Of a stretch of DNA of 64,000 bases, positions 13,169 to 26,595 are shown piece by piece (positions within the stretch are counted from its first letter, which is position 1; each line of letters begins with the position of its first letter). The stretch spans positions 28,210,001-28,274,000 of the forward strand of contig NC_043018.1 of NCBI RefSeq assembly GCF_006345805.1, in the 5' to 3' direction. Position numbers and translations under genes: made by a program. The notes beneath the pieces are model-generated. The model saw only the letters and a list, made by a program, of their open reading frames with translations. It did not search any database and had not been told where the DNA came from. The stretch comes from Octopus sinensis (Eukaryota).

Positions 13169-13653
13169 CTAGCAGTATCGCCCGGCGTTGCTCGGGTTTG
13201 TAAGGGAAATAACTATATAAGTATTTTTAGAGAGTTACTTCCCTCATAGATGCCAATTCGGGCTTTCTTAGCCATTTCTGTTTTGGTGTCTTCAAGCCAT
13301 GAAGTCGTTGTTCTAAAAGAACGCTGGTCTCCTTGACAACGCTTTACGACGTTGATTTCCCTTCCCCACAGCTTCACGAGGGAGGGAAGAAGGGGGAGTA
13401 GCAAACAGGTGCAGGTGTTACCATGGACGCCAACTCCGCCGCCATGGGCATACGAAAAATTATGCATTAAAATGGAATAAAAAATGATGTTAAATTATTT
13501 TTAAAATCGTAGACGCGCGCTAATACTCAGACGGGCTCGATATGAATCACGACTATAAGATACCAGAATTTGGTTAAACTGCACCGCAAAACGTGGGAGT
13601 AGTTAGGAACCTAAATCGAAGGGGACAGACACTCACACAACTACATTTTATAT

Positions 13654-13655
<2 letters not shown>
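13169..13655 (-). mobile_element. Non-autonomous Helitron
   Basis: Minus-strand 3' end is hairpin cccgagcaacgccggg, then CTAG, then T. Homologous to 31800-32195. Confidence 0.75.
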
Positions 13656-13723
<68 letters not shown>

Positions 13724-14421
13724 TGGGGAGAAAGAGGGAAAGAGAAAGAGAGATAGATGATATATATGTGTAGACATACATACACACACAACAAACACGC
13801 ACATAGATATATACCATTAAGTCATCGATTAATTAAAATCTTTTTACAAATATTTATAACCTGGAGAAAATGCATGAACGCCGAATAATTCTATTCTGTA
13901 ATCTCTATAAATAGGAACACTTCTATCCCTCTGAATACTCAAACATCATTTCACGTTTATATTTTGATACTTCCTTATCTCCTAAAATTCTATTTCCGAA
14001 ACGAAAACATATGATAAACAGGTCAGTGGTCCCGGCGAAATGATAGAAATTTTTCATAGGTTTCTTATGTTTCAATCCCTTCTTGAATTAAATTCCAATT
14101 TTCAATGATAATCCGCTTGTCTTCTCTCTTTTATTGCGTCTCCTTGCGACGAATTATGCAGAGGTTTCTACTTATGACAATAAAATATTGGCGTTTTTGT
14201 ACGAGAAAAAACTTAAAAGTCTTGAAATGGCAATTATCGTTTGTTGGAATCTCATAGAAGATTATGGTTATCATTCAAATCAGGATGTCACACTAAGCCG
14301 CGAAAAAGAAATCGCAGAAAGTTCAAGAAAACAGCACACTTCCAGCATTAAATGGAAACAGTTACATGTAAACACTATACTTCGCAATTGGTTTCGTTAC
14401 ACGTGTGCATCTATGTGTATT

Positions 14422-14462
<41 letters not shown>

Positions 14463-14585
14463 TATGTACACGCATACACGTACCCATATGTACCATATAC
14501 GACTATATATATAAGTATGCATACATAAATGCATATATTTGTGTGTGCATGTGTATTTATATGCATGTATATAGATATGTATGTA

Positions 14586-14662
<77 letters not shown>

Positions 14663-15153
14663 TTTATGTATGTATATTATGCACATATATTCACATACAT
14701 CTGAATAAACACAAATATGTATTGAATATCTAAAAGTGTGTACATAGTGTATGCATTTTCATCGATTTTTATTGCACGTGATATCCGTTTAAAGAACAAA
14801 ATTCTCCTGTAGAATTAATTATTAGTTCGAAATAATGGATATACACCTGAAATGTCTAATCTGTAGCAAGATTGAATTTTTTTATAACGGACAGCTTTAA
14901 TTCCTCGTTGAAAAAGCCATCAGAAACATTAATTAAAATAACAACGGAAGTAACAGCAATAATGACTTAGAATTAATAGCGTAACTAAAATAGATGTTGG
15001 TCCGATGTTTAACCCTTGCATTAACGTTCTTAGGTGATGTCTATCGAATTCTACGAGCACAAATACATACACATACGCATACACATATCGTGTGAATTCA
15101 CATATATTGGTGTACGTTTCTAAACCTGTACACAAGCATCACCTATCTATCTT

Positions 15154-15216
<63 letters not shown>

Positions 15217-15254
15217 GTTTGTCTGTCTGTTTGTCTGTTTGTCTGTCTGTTTGC

Positions 15255-15358
<104 letters not shown>

Positions 15359-15394
15359 ATACTTTGTTTTAAGCAGCAGAAAATTCAACAAAAT

Positions 15395-15437
15395 CTGTTA
15401 CTCTACTCTGAGTTTCTCGTTGCCGTTCATCAGACAG
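15395..15437 (-). ncRNA. Mirror hammerhead copy with a 5-nt duplication next to the cleavage site
   Basis: Reverse complement of 15455-15492 with an extra GAGTA that displaces helix I. Confidence 0.5.
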
Positions 15438-15454
15438 TTTTTGCTAGAAAAAAA

Positions 15455-15492
15455 CTGTCTGATGAACGGCAACGAGAAACTCAGAGTAACAG
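15455..15492 (+). ncRNA. Minimal type I hammerhead ribozyme
   Basis: CTGT CTGATGA ACG-GCAA-CGA GAAA CTCAGAG TA^ACAG: 4-bp helix I, GNRA-capped helix II with an A-A first pair, near-palindromic helix III, GUA site. Confidence 0.7.
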
Positions 15493-15596
15493 ATTGGTTG
15501 AATTTTCTGCTGCTTAAAATAAAGCATATTACTCTACCACTGGTATTTGAGTACTCTTTTTTTCCACCTTGTTTCACATTTATGGTTTACTTACTC

Positions 15597-15643
<47 letters not shown>

Positions 15644-15696
15644 GTGTGTGTGTGTGTGTGTTTGTGTATTTATATTTGCATATATATATATATATA

Positions 15697-15870
15697 CTGG
15701 AGTAAACACATAAATGTGAAACAAGGTGGAAAAATGAGTACTCAAATACCAGGCGTAGAGTAATATGCTAGAGTAAGAGAGTTAATTTGTTAACAAAACT
15801 GTCCGACGAACGGGAACGTGAAACTCTGAGTAACAGGTTTTGTTGAATTTCTGCTGCTTTTAAATAAAGT
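15697..15870 (+). mobile_element. Second unit of the same family: inverted 3' end (15697-15768) plus direct HHR segment
   Basis: 15697-15768 is the reverse complement of 15523-15598. 15792-15860 matches 15450-15520. Confidence 0.8.
15792..15844 (+). ncRNA. Hammerhead motif with U4C change and extended helix I
   Basis: AACAAAACTGT CCGACGA ACG-GGAA-CGT GAAA CTCTGAG TA^ACAGGTTTTGTT. Confidence 0.55.
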
Positions 15871-15892
15871 ATATATATATATTGTTATGAGT

Positions 15893-16925
15893 TTGGCTAA
15901 GTGCAGTTTCTTGGTGACCCATTTTGGGTGTGGTGCCGGCATGTCTGGAAGAAAAGTGACAGTCCTTTGTTTAATGGGAGATTAATGGGACCTTGTGACC
16001 CTGTGCGGGTGAATTAGGGGTCGTTCTAGACCCCCTTGAATATGTGAGGAAGAATCTAGCAGTAGTAAGAAAAAGATAGAGTAAGGAATCTAAGAGCAGA
16101 TGGAGAGGGTGTTGGCAGTAAGAGAGGACGAGGGGCAGAGAGAAGAAAAGTAGTGAGAGAGATAGAGTATAAGGCTAAGGGACAGATTGAGGCGATAGAG
16201 ATAGGCAGTAAGGGAGCAGGGCAGTTAGAGAGGAAGTGAGGTCTGGGCAGTTGGGAGTCGGTCGTCAGAGAACACAGTCGGATTCTTGGAAGTCGGCAAG
16301 GAGTTGGAATTTTAGGAGCAGGCTGGGATGCGAGAGAACTTGGCGGCACAGGGGGGAATATGTACAGAGGAATTAGCGGTACGGAGAGATGAGTGCAGAA
16401 TGGGACACTGGCGATTCAGTTAGGAATTAAGGTATTTGATTGTGTATTGATACGTGTCACGGTGTATTGAACAGTGAAAAGAACAGTCAAGGACTTGTCG
16501 ATATGTCGATTATCGAGTTGTGGTATTTATGTTCAGAATTGTGTTGATATGTGTAGAAAAAGATTATAAAGAACTGTGAACGTTATCTGTTGATGTGATT
16601 TGGAAAAAGAACTGTGTCTTCGGACGTGTACCTGTGAAATACTGTATATGACTTGTTGTGTCTCCGGACTGATATATTGTTACATGCATGTTGTTAAATG
16701 CTTTGATCTGTGGTATACCCTTATGATGTTTTGATTTGTTGTTTGCCTTAAATGCTTTGATGTTGTAACCATTGATTGTCATATAAACTGTTGTTAAATG
16801 GAAGCCAGTGTTGCCGTTTTGCCTTGCTCTTTTGGTGTCTCGTTCGGTTGTGCCTCTGTATCTCACTGTGCTGCTGCGGTTGTTATTGCAGTGTCTCTCC
16901 TCTCCTCTCTCCGACGAGTTTCCGT
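15893..16925 (-). mobile_element. Possible inverted N-terminal part of a Penelope-like element
   Basis: Minus strand encodes LNKGLS(F..P after a frameshift) at 15951-15975, the L.KGL.F.P motif seen upstream of PLE RTs. It abuts the plus-strand RT at ~16930. Confidence 0.4.
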
Positions 16926-16929
16926 GGCG

Positions 16930-19330
16930 AGAATATTCGCTGATCGAGTCGGGCCTGTCTGAGGGATTCCGTACAGTTTTCGGAGGTCCCAAAACCAATT
17001 GGAGTACCCTGAGGAAGGTAAACTTGGAAATTAAGGATATAATATTTAAACACCGAATTCAAATGAGAGCTCAGCCGCTTAGCCCCAAGCAACCCAGATT
17101 TATAGTGAAGGACCATAAACCTAACTTCCACACCAACCCAGCGCTAAGACTCATATGCCTGCTAGATCTGATATCGGGATAATCAGTAAGTACATTTTAG
17201 ATAAATATATCCCTAGTTTAGTAAACAAGCTGAAGCTCAGCCTGGGCCAACTCCTCGCAGGTAGTGAAGTGTTCTCTTCCATCCCCAATAAGAACCGTAC
17301 TAGGTTCATTCAGTTTGATATCGCCAGCTTCTACCCCGATTAACCCTAGTGTGCTAAATAAGGCCCTCTGGCATGCTCACAACAAGGCTGGGCCTCACCA
17401 GAGAAGAGATAGATATCATTTTAGTTGCCAGGAAATCGTTATTAAGTTTGATAATAAGTTGTGGATCCGTAAAGATACTCCAATGAATTTGATGTGGTCC
17501 TATGAGTAGTTCGGATAGTGCGCAGATAGCCGATTTGGTCGGAATATATATTCTCTACGAATTGTCCGACCAAGTCCCGGAGATCGCGGGCGGCCTGTAT
17601 CGTGACGATTGTCTGTTTTACCTGCAAAACACCACGAACAGAATAGTGCAGAAAACTAAGAGCAGGTTAGCTAGGTTTTTTAATAGATGGGCATGAGTAT
17701 AGTTTTTGATAATGAACTCACCAAGGCTAATTTCCTAGACGTTACACTTAAAACCTTAATAGCGACTCATACTGCCTTACCATAAGCCTTCGCTAATTTG
17801 AAGTAGTCAGTGTCTTCTCAAATCATGCCAAAACCGTAACAGACAATTTGGTTAAAAACATCTCTCTAAGATTGTCTGGCTTGTCCGCCAGTGCCGATAT
17901 TTTATGCAGAAAGCGGAATTTTATAACGCCGCACTATCCAAGGCCGGTTATAGGCAGAAGGTAATTTATATTGATCCGGCCCTTCCGATGCCATCATTCG
18001 GTCATCAGGATAGGGCCGTATATAATAACATTAACATTTAAGTAAGACGGGAGCGCGGCGGATGCCGGGGTAGTCGCTCCCGCATTTAATTTAGCGAACA
18101 AGGATAATTATCGGTCCGGAGGTCTTACACTAACCCAAGACCCGTTATTCATCCGAGAATCACCCACCCGAATGCGAGAGCTGGCGTCCCGACCCATCAC
18201 ACTGATAGGAATAAGCATATATGGTTTGTAATCCCCTTTGGTAAGCATTAGAACTAACCTCCCCCTCATGTTTAGACAAGCCATCGCCAATAACTTCCTC
18301 AGAAATTCCAAATATTACTCCACGGTTAACTCACATAAAGTTAGGATAGCTTTCTCCAACACTAAAACCTCGCCCAGATAATCGCCTCCCATAATAATAG
18401 GCTACTTACTAAGACCCTATCACCTTTTTCCGGAGGCACAGCCTCTTCCGCTCCCGGTTTAATGCTCAGTAGGAATAATTATAGTAGTAATATGATATGA
18501 GAGCCAGTACAGTGACACATAATCTCAGCTCCAGCCAGGGAGTACCCACTAGGGGTATAGTTATAAATAGGGGTGTTGTGGTTGACGGTAATATGGGAGT
18601 AGGGTAGAGAGCCCCATCAGCATCCCCAGCATCATTTCCCGCAATAGCAGTAACACGGGCAGTAGCAATGACAGCACTCTGATAGATAGTGGAGAATCAG
18701 GGGTTATTCCTATAGTTAATAGTGACGTAGTGGAAATAGAGTAGTAAGCGGCTGCAGATCTCGGAACGAATATAGTGACAGGAACGCAGTTCTAATTTCA
18801 GAAACTAATCCTAGCAGATTAAGATTCACGTCGGCGAACTCCAAGATCAAAACGCCGTCTACCAATGCAAGGTTTACACGGACTCAGATGCCTTCACTTA
18901 TGTAGGGGCATCATCCTCAAGATTGTCTTTGCGTGTCTCCAACCATTACGCAACTTTTCGGGACGTGAACAAGCGCCAGACCACGGGACTCAGTAAGCTA
19001 ATATGGCGACTGAAGGATGCGAACTTAAGCTATAGGCTGGAATGGTCAATTTTGTCGGTGGCCCTCCCATTTGATAGGGGCAGAAGACAGTGCAACCTTT
19101 TGTCTCCGAACTCTTCCATATTTTGTTTGCCAGAGGCCGGATGGTAAACGGGCTCTTACAGTCGGCTTTTCGATGCCCCCATTGGCGGCGTTACACTTAT
19201 CTGGCCTTTAAATAGCGTTTATAAATAATACCGGCACCCATAGCCCTTGGTAACAATTCTGAAATAGCCTTTAAGATATCTACGATTAACCACTGCAAGG
19301 GGAATTACTCCTGTAAGACAAACGGGGCTT
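16930..19330 (+). mobile_element. Penelope-like element (Neptune/Naiad-type), decayed RT plus GIY-YIG
   Basis: KDHKPNFHTNPALRLIC, FIQFDIASFYP, MSSSDSAQIADLVGIYIL, GGLYRDD, NFLDVTL. Endonuclease YVG...LRVSNHYATF...TGLSKLIWRLK...WSIL. Stop at ~19213-19215. Confidence 0.9.
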
Positions 19331-19823
19331 GGTTTTCTCACACACCGGGGGGTTTCCTTGACAAGGCAGGCTTAGATGAACACACACACACATAAACATA
19401 ATATATATATATATTTTTTATTTTTTTCTTTCTGCCACCCAACGGTTATCACGGCAGTAGCCACTGACAGCCGAACGATCAAACGCACACACGTACACAA
19501 AAAATGTTTTCTACCCCTACGCCAACACACACATATATAGAACAGTATACACACACACACGTCTCTAAGTAGATTTTTTCTCGCCCCTTATAAAACATCC
19601 AATATTCCTTAAATAGTCAGAACTTTATTCTCGGTCACAAAGAACATCTATACACCCTCACCCACATGATTGACCGATGCCTGACCCGTTGAATTCTTCA
19701 GCCACCGGTTCTCAACATACACTGATAAACAGTTTCGCCATGGGCTCTTAGGAGCACAGTTCGATTTGTTTTTTGCTCCGCCTCTGTTCTGTTTTTGTTT
19801 TTCCAACGGATTTCCTTTTTTCT

Positions 19824-19903
19824 TTCCTGAAGAGAAAGACACAATATGGTCCCATTATTCAATCGGATTTTGGTAATTTGTGCCTTTCGAAACACGTGTA
19901 GAA
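19824..19903 (+). ncRNA. Minimal type I hammerhead ribozyme, intact core
   Basis: TTC CTGAAGA GAAAG.CACAA...TTGTG.CTTTC GAAA CACGTG TA^GAA. Perfect ACACGTGT palindrome, G10.1-C11.1 pair, GUA site. Followed by ~65 nt and then (TA)n. Confidence 0.8.
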
Positions 19904-20980
19904 TGAAATAAAACGATTTCTGTTCAATCTGCGTTCAGCTCCATTTCTTCAATTCACCAATATGTTATATATATATATATATATATAATATATGCCTGTA
20001 TGTGTACGTACGTATATATATGCACACATTATGCATATATACATTTGAATACTTCGTCACATATATGTATATAAATATATATGGTGTGGACGTATATGTA
20101 TATGTTTAAATGTACGTTTATAATGAATCGATAATTGGTCGACACAGATTATTGTGAAGCAAACCACTTATTGGCGAGACAAAATTACGCAATGGAGACG
20201 GTAACATAATCCATTACCCATGCGCAGAAGGAATCGGTGAAGTATAACCCTGGCTTTTAGATAAACCACTAATCCAAAGTTATTGTAATATATTAATGAA
20301 GGATAGAACTGTAAGTGTGGAGTAAAAGAATAAGGAAAAAACGAACGGATTACATTATGGCTACAGCTGTTTAATTAAGACGTTTTAATTTGACATAAAC
20401 ATTATATAATCATTTACATTACGCAATATCTTATGTAAATTTCACATTCATCAGGCAACCAAGTAAAACAGGTGAAGAACGACTTGTTTCATTGTGTAAG
20501 CAACAAAGGAATTTTTAAATCACTATGAACGTGAATCGGTGGATATGGGGATAATTCCGAAGGGTCTCAGGAATAAAGTTACACGGCAGGGTGGGTTGTT
20601 CGGAGGCTAGGGATTCGCTCCATGTCTACACTATACTTCTCCCCATTGAGACCGTACAGCTCATGTGCAATGGAAAAGTTATTAGAATGCCGGGGTAAGT
20701 GATCGCAAGACGTCTTTGCATGATGCGTCAAATGGAAAGAGAACTGGGGTAGAACCAAAATGGAATGGTTGCATAAGATCTGTGGTTTCAGTTCGTCATG
20801 CTTGATAATCTACCTGGAAATTATAATGACGGTTGTTTCTGATATCACCGTATGGGAGAGATACCTGACGAGTCTAACCCATCATCTATACCGTCACAGT
20901 TTTCAGGATTTCATCGCACGAAAAATACGTTCATATTTAATGAAACCATTCAATATTTCATAAACTAGAAATGCAAAGTG

Positions 20981-21034
<54 letters not shown>

Positions 21035-21117
21035 TTATGTATTTTGCGTATGTATTAGTATATATATACATACTACATATATATATGCATATATATATAC
21101 ATACATATATATACATA

Positions 21118-21156
<39 letters not shown>

Positions 21157-21200
21157 CATATGTATATATATATATATATATATATACATATGTATATTAT

Positions 21201-21249
<49 letters not shown>

Positions 21250-21422
21250 ATATATGTATATATATGTATGATATATATATGCATATATATGTATGTATGT
21301 ATGTATATATATACTAATACATACACTAAAATACATAAACACACACACACACATATATATATATATACACACTGCATTTCATGTATGTATATATATATAT
21401 ATAATATAGATATATATTATAT

Positions 21423-21453
<31 letters not shown>

Positions 21454-21878
21454 TAATATGAATACTTGATTATTAGTGACGTGCATGGAATGTTTTCTGC
21501 TTTAACGCACTGGAATCTTTTAAAAGCAAACCAAACTCAATCCGTGCAGAAATTTTTAAAGAGGAAGTCACGAAGAAAGGAGAAAGTAGGAAACAAGAAA
21601 AGAAAATAGGTAAAAAAAGGGGTAAACAAATGACGAAATGTAGGTAAGGGGAGAGAAGAACTAATTATCCCACTTCTTTGACATCCCATACAGAATATGT
21701 GTGGTGTGTCTTTTTTTTCATTATTTTTTCTTTTAATTAATTGTTTTCATCCCGTTTTTATCAAAACTATTCATACAGCGCTACACAGATCTAAATGACT
21801 TGCTATTGAAATGTCCATAAAAACGGAAACATATGTAAATTTGCAAGCGTGTCATTAACAAAATCCTTTTAAGTGCAA

Positions 21879-21925
<47 letters not shown>

Positions 21926-22078
21926 GTGTGTGTGTGTGTGAGTGTGTTCGTTTGTGTTTGCGTGAGTCTTCGTGCGTTTGTGTGTATGGTGTGTGTGTCT
22001 GTGTGAGTGTGTGTGCACATATACATATATATCTATAAATATTATATACAAATATATCTATGTATAAACATAAACATG

Positions 22079-22119
<41 letters not shown>

Positions 22120-22194
22120 ATATGTATGTTATATATATGTAAATGCATATATATAGTATGTATATACATATGCATATATATATATATACATATG

Positions 22195-22254
<60 letters not shown>

Positions 22255-22257
<3 letters not shown>

Positions 22258-22522
22258 TGTTTTGTCTGCGGAGAGTCATTCTCTTTTAGTGCCTTATAAT
22301 TTATTACACTCACCGACAAAATTTCCACTCATTTCCTTCTTTATGTTTCTAACATTTTCCCAGCCATTTCAGTTGTTGTTGAGAGTCAACATCTACCGAA
22401 AAGCTTGCAAGACGCAACGAAAACTTGAGAAGAAAACTGAAGGAAATAATTGGAAATTTTACTGGTGATTATGTTAAATTATAAAGCACTAAAAGAGAAT
22501 GACTCTCCCAAGACACAACAGT
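22255..22522. mobile_element. MITE with ~58 bp TIRs and TA flanks
   Basis: tactgttttgtctgcggagagtcattctcttttagtgccttataattt versus aaattataaagcactaaaagagaatgactctccccaagacacaacagta. Single-TIR relics at ~5010-5070 and ~62785-62880. Confidence 0.8.
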
Positions 22523-22801
22523 ATATGCTTCAACACACGAACTGGCATATATAATCTTGCAAGCCAAATCCCCAAACGATATATATATATAATATATATA
22601 TATATGTATGTATGTGTGTATGTATGTATATACATATGAATATATATGTATATACGTATACGTATATATATCTATAAACACATGCACCGACGATAATATT
22701 CTTGTCTCAGATTAATACATTTTTAATCTAGAAGAGTGTAACGTAACACATGAGATTAATGAAAAATCGCTTTAATTATAAATGAAAATGAAGCAAATAC
22801 G

Positions 22802-22836
<35 letters not shown>

Positions 22837-22894
22837 TTGTAAAAAAGAAGTTTGAAAACGCCACTATATTAGATAAATTTTAATTTTTTTATGA

Positions 22895-22939
22895 ATTTTA
22901 CATGTTTCGGTTCTTGAAAAAACGAACCTTATCAAAAAT
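22895..22939 (-). ncRNA. Minimal hammerhead motif with U3-A8 core
   Basis: Minus strand: ATTT TTGATAA GGTTC-loop-GAACC GAAA CATG TA^AAAT. All three helices pair; ACATGT palindrome. Confidence 0.65.
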
Positions 22940-23759
22940 ATTATAAAAAGTGCAATGGAAAAGTTCATAATCGTTTCTTACTTGTCTCAATAGAATCCAT
23001 ATTCTTGAAAAAACGAACCTTATCAAATATATTATAAAAATGCATAGAAAAGTTCATAATCGTTTCTTACTGTTCTCAATAGAATCCGTGTGGTGGTGTT
23101 TTGTCGGTAGTTAGTATAATCGCTATATTACTGTTGAGTGTAGTGAAGAAGTCCATTATTGTTTCTTGCTGGTATCCAAATGAACCGCTTTTTTGTTACC
23201 TTGTGTTCCAATGGTAGCAACAGTAGTGATTGTTGGTCGTAGTAGTAACCTGTGGCTGTTACTGTTGGCCGTAATTTTGGCAACCTTGGTGGTGGTTGGG
23301 GTTGTAGCAGTTAAGTTAAGCTGTGGCAGCAGCAGTAGCAGTAGTGGTCGGTTCACTGGCACTGCTCACTGACGTCACATAATTCCAAACCAATTAAAAC
23401 CAAACTTCAATGAATACAAGGAAAAGACCCATAACTGTCTCCTGTAAGGAAACCAACCAAGCAGAACGACAAGCTTGACCACGGAAGAAAAACGTCATCA
23501 ATTTTTTAACGAATCAAAATCAGATCTGCTCGCAGAAAAAAAAATTTATAAATTCATCTTTCCCTAAAACATACCACTGCAAGCGGGAGTGACTGTTTAA
23601 AGATCTGAGAAATTGTAATTCCCCCACCTCCACCCTTTTTTTACTATTTTAATTCTCACACTGTGGCCGTAGCAGCAATAGTAGTGACTACGGTGGTTGT
23701 AGTAGTAGTGCTGCTAGTGGAAGCAGTCGTAATGGTCGTGGTGGTTGTAGTAGAATTTC

Positions 23760-24600
23760 ATTTTTCCTTTTCGGAAGACCAATGTTTTGTTTTAATATTC
23801 CTGAACACCCTGAATAATAATATGATAAAGAAATATAATAATAACAATAATAATGACAGTTTTAATAATAATAAGAAGGAAAATAAGAATAAAATTTGGT
23901 TAATAGTTCCTTATGGTACTCAAGTTAAAACGAACATTATTAAAGAGACTTTAGATATTATTGAACTATTTATTCGAGATAATCATAAATATAAAAACAT
24001 TTTCTCTAGTAATAATTTTGGAGTAAGTTATTCCACCACTAATAGTGTAGGTAACATTATTTCTTCTTTTAACAAATTTAAACTGAATAATTTTTATAAA
24101 AATAAATTATATAATAATACCAATAATAAAGATAAGACACTAATTAACTGTACATGTAGAGATAAAACTAAATGTAAATTAAATAATAAATGTGATATTA
24201 ACGATGTAATGTATAAATGTATAGTTACATTACATGATGAGAATAATATTAATAATAATAACTCAAACGCGATATATATAGGGTCCACTTCCTCTAAAAT
24301 AAAATTAAGAATCGCACAACATATGAATTCATTTAAAAATAAAAACTTAATTAACTCCACTGGACTTAGCAAGTACATTTGGGGACTTAAATCCCAAAAT
24401 ATTAATTATAATTTATCTTGGGAAATAATTAGTAAAACTAAATCATATAGTATAGGAGCGATTTTTTGTTATTTATATTCTAATGAGTTTAAGGAAATTT
24501 TATTTTATAAGCATGATAATTTACTGAATATCTGTGATTAGCGCAAAATAAAATGCAGACACAAGTTACTTTACTTATATAATAATTTTTTTGATAAATA
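23760..24600 (+). mobile_element. AT-rich PLE 3' fragment: Cys-rich linker plus GIY-YIG endonuclease
   Basis: NCTCRDKTKCKLNNKC...VMYKC...YIGSTSSKIKLRIAQHMNSF...TGLSKYIWGLK...WEII, with CRH retained after an in-frame TAG. Lies inside ORF 23663-24541. Confidence 0.85.
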
Positions 24601-26595
24601 ATGAATATTTCTTAGCCTTAATTAGCTCCCTATTTGTTGTTTTATGTAATAGTATTCTAAATATAGCAGGTGATTTGTAGTACATATTATATTAGTTTAT
24701 TTTAGTTATTTAGGTTCTGTTTTTAATTATAGTTAGATTATATATAGTTGTTCATTTTATTACTAAATATTTTATTACTAAATATATTTTTCATAAATAT
24801 TTAATGGTTTATTAAATATAGAGTTTGGTAAGTTACAATTTTATTTATTTTATATATTTTTTTATATATTTTGTTATATTTCTGTTATAACTTCGTTAAA
24901 TTATAATTTTTGTTATATTAATCTATTTGTATGTAATCTCTTTATATTTGAAATAGATTTATTTAGTTGTTTATTTAATCTATTTTATTTAATATAGAAG
25001 TATAGATTAGTAGATTAATTATTTAGATTTAACTTAATATTTACCTATATTTTGATTTTGTAGTATGATTATAGACATTTATATATGTATTTATTATATG
25101 ATATATGTGGTTGTGTGTGTATGTATATATGTGTATATGATGATGTGTGTGTATATATATGTATATGTATATACATTTATTTATGTGTATGTGTGTATGT
25201 GTGTGTATATATATGTATATGTATATACATTTATTTATGTGTATGTGTGTATGTGTGTGTATATATGTGTGTATATATGTGTGTATATATGTGTGTATAT
25301 ATGTGTGTATATATGTGTGTATATATGTATACGTATGTGTGTATGTATGTGTATATGTGTATGTATATGTATGTATATATATGTATATATATGTATATAT
25401 ATATGTATATGTATGTATATTTTTTCATATATTTATGTATACGTATGTATAGTTATACTACAAATTTTGATAAGTATTTATAATTTTGGTTATGATCACT
25501 AATTTTAGCTTATAATTATAAATGCATGGGAAAGACTTTATAGTATGTTGAGGGGTTACTTTATAAATAAATCTTTATAAATTTATTAATCTTATAAGAT
25601 TTTTAGAATATATTTAATAATTAATGGTTTTTAATCATTTAAATCATTTAATTTATTTTGTATTAAGTTTCATTTATCATAGTTATTTTATTAAATAATA
25701 TTATAGTATAGAGAGATTTTATTCTTTATTTGTGACTTCATTCTATTTACAATAATAAACAAATAATTTTCCCATTCACAATCATTAAGAAAACGTAGAT
25801 TCCTCACACGTAATGAATTCTTCAACAATGTATTCTTTTTTTTGTTGCTAATAACGTAATTCCACGAGTATTCTAATAAACGCTGTAAAGACGTTTTCCG
25901 ATTCAAAAATTTTAGTTCATTGCTAAACCTCGCTAAGATAAGTATGTATTTATTTAAGATCTTCAAATTGTAAATTTTAATATTGTATAAGTCTTTGGAG
26001 TAATAATATTCTCCTTATGTAAATATCGTTGTTTTAACTGATTTATTTCTTTAAATTGATATTCGCTAGTTATTTCCATTGATAATTATATTTATAGTAT
26101 TTATAGTATTTATTCGATACTATATTACTACGAATTGAGTATTTCTAAAAGTATTTTACATAAGATTTCCGAAAGTTCGTTTAAGTTTGTTTATATTTAT
26201 TTTGAAATTAGCTATTTAATCTTTAAATATGAAAAATTAAATTTATTAGGTTTTTATTATATGTGCATATACATTTATTTATAGAGATTATTTTAGATCT
26301 TAATTATAATATTTATATACATTTATATATTTTCATTGATAATTTATATATATTAGTCATTTTTAAATATTTATGTTATTAGATATAAACTAATACCGAT
26401 ATTAGATTATGGGTGGGTTTCCTACCTTATAAAGTAAAATTAATATTTAACATTATAGTCGATTTTGATATAATCATAATTGTTAAGTTCTATGTTTCTA
26501 GTTTGATAATAGAGTTTATTATAAGTAAAATTATTATATTATATATCTTTAAAATATTGTTTAAATATTTCTGATTATATTTTAGATATTTCAAT

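Larger units (their letters stand above)
15367..15600. mobile_element. Fold-back PLE terminal-repeat unit with two divergent HHR motifs
   Basis: Arms 15367-15442 and 15448-15519 around gctag. The right arm extends to a (TA)n-flanked end at ~15600. Confidence 0.85.

Noticed and set aside
14134-14400. Non-repetitive ORF segment (…IIVCWNLIEDYGYHSNQ…) as a host exon
   Set aside because: No recognisable domain and no convincing splice donor.
19715-19770. Minus-strand CTAAGA GCC-CAT-GGC GAAAC motif
   Set aside because: The core lacks G5, the cleavage position is G, and helix I does not form.
21750-21845. GAAACATATGTA preceded by a CGTTTTTAT/ATAAAAACG stem
   Set aside because: The CUGANGA half is absent. 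At most a truncated remnant.
16930-24600. Selenoprotein-type (Naiad) PLE with UGA-Cys recoding and SECIS
   Set aside because: The Cys codons in the 23.7-24.6 kb endonuclease are ordinary TGY, the in-frame stop is TAG, the linker of the 16.9 kb copy is too decayed to read, and I saw no SECIS-like stem by eye.
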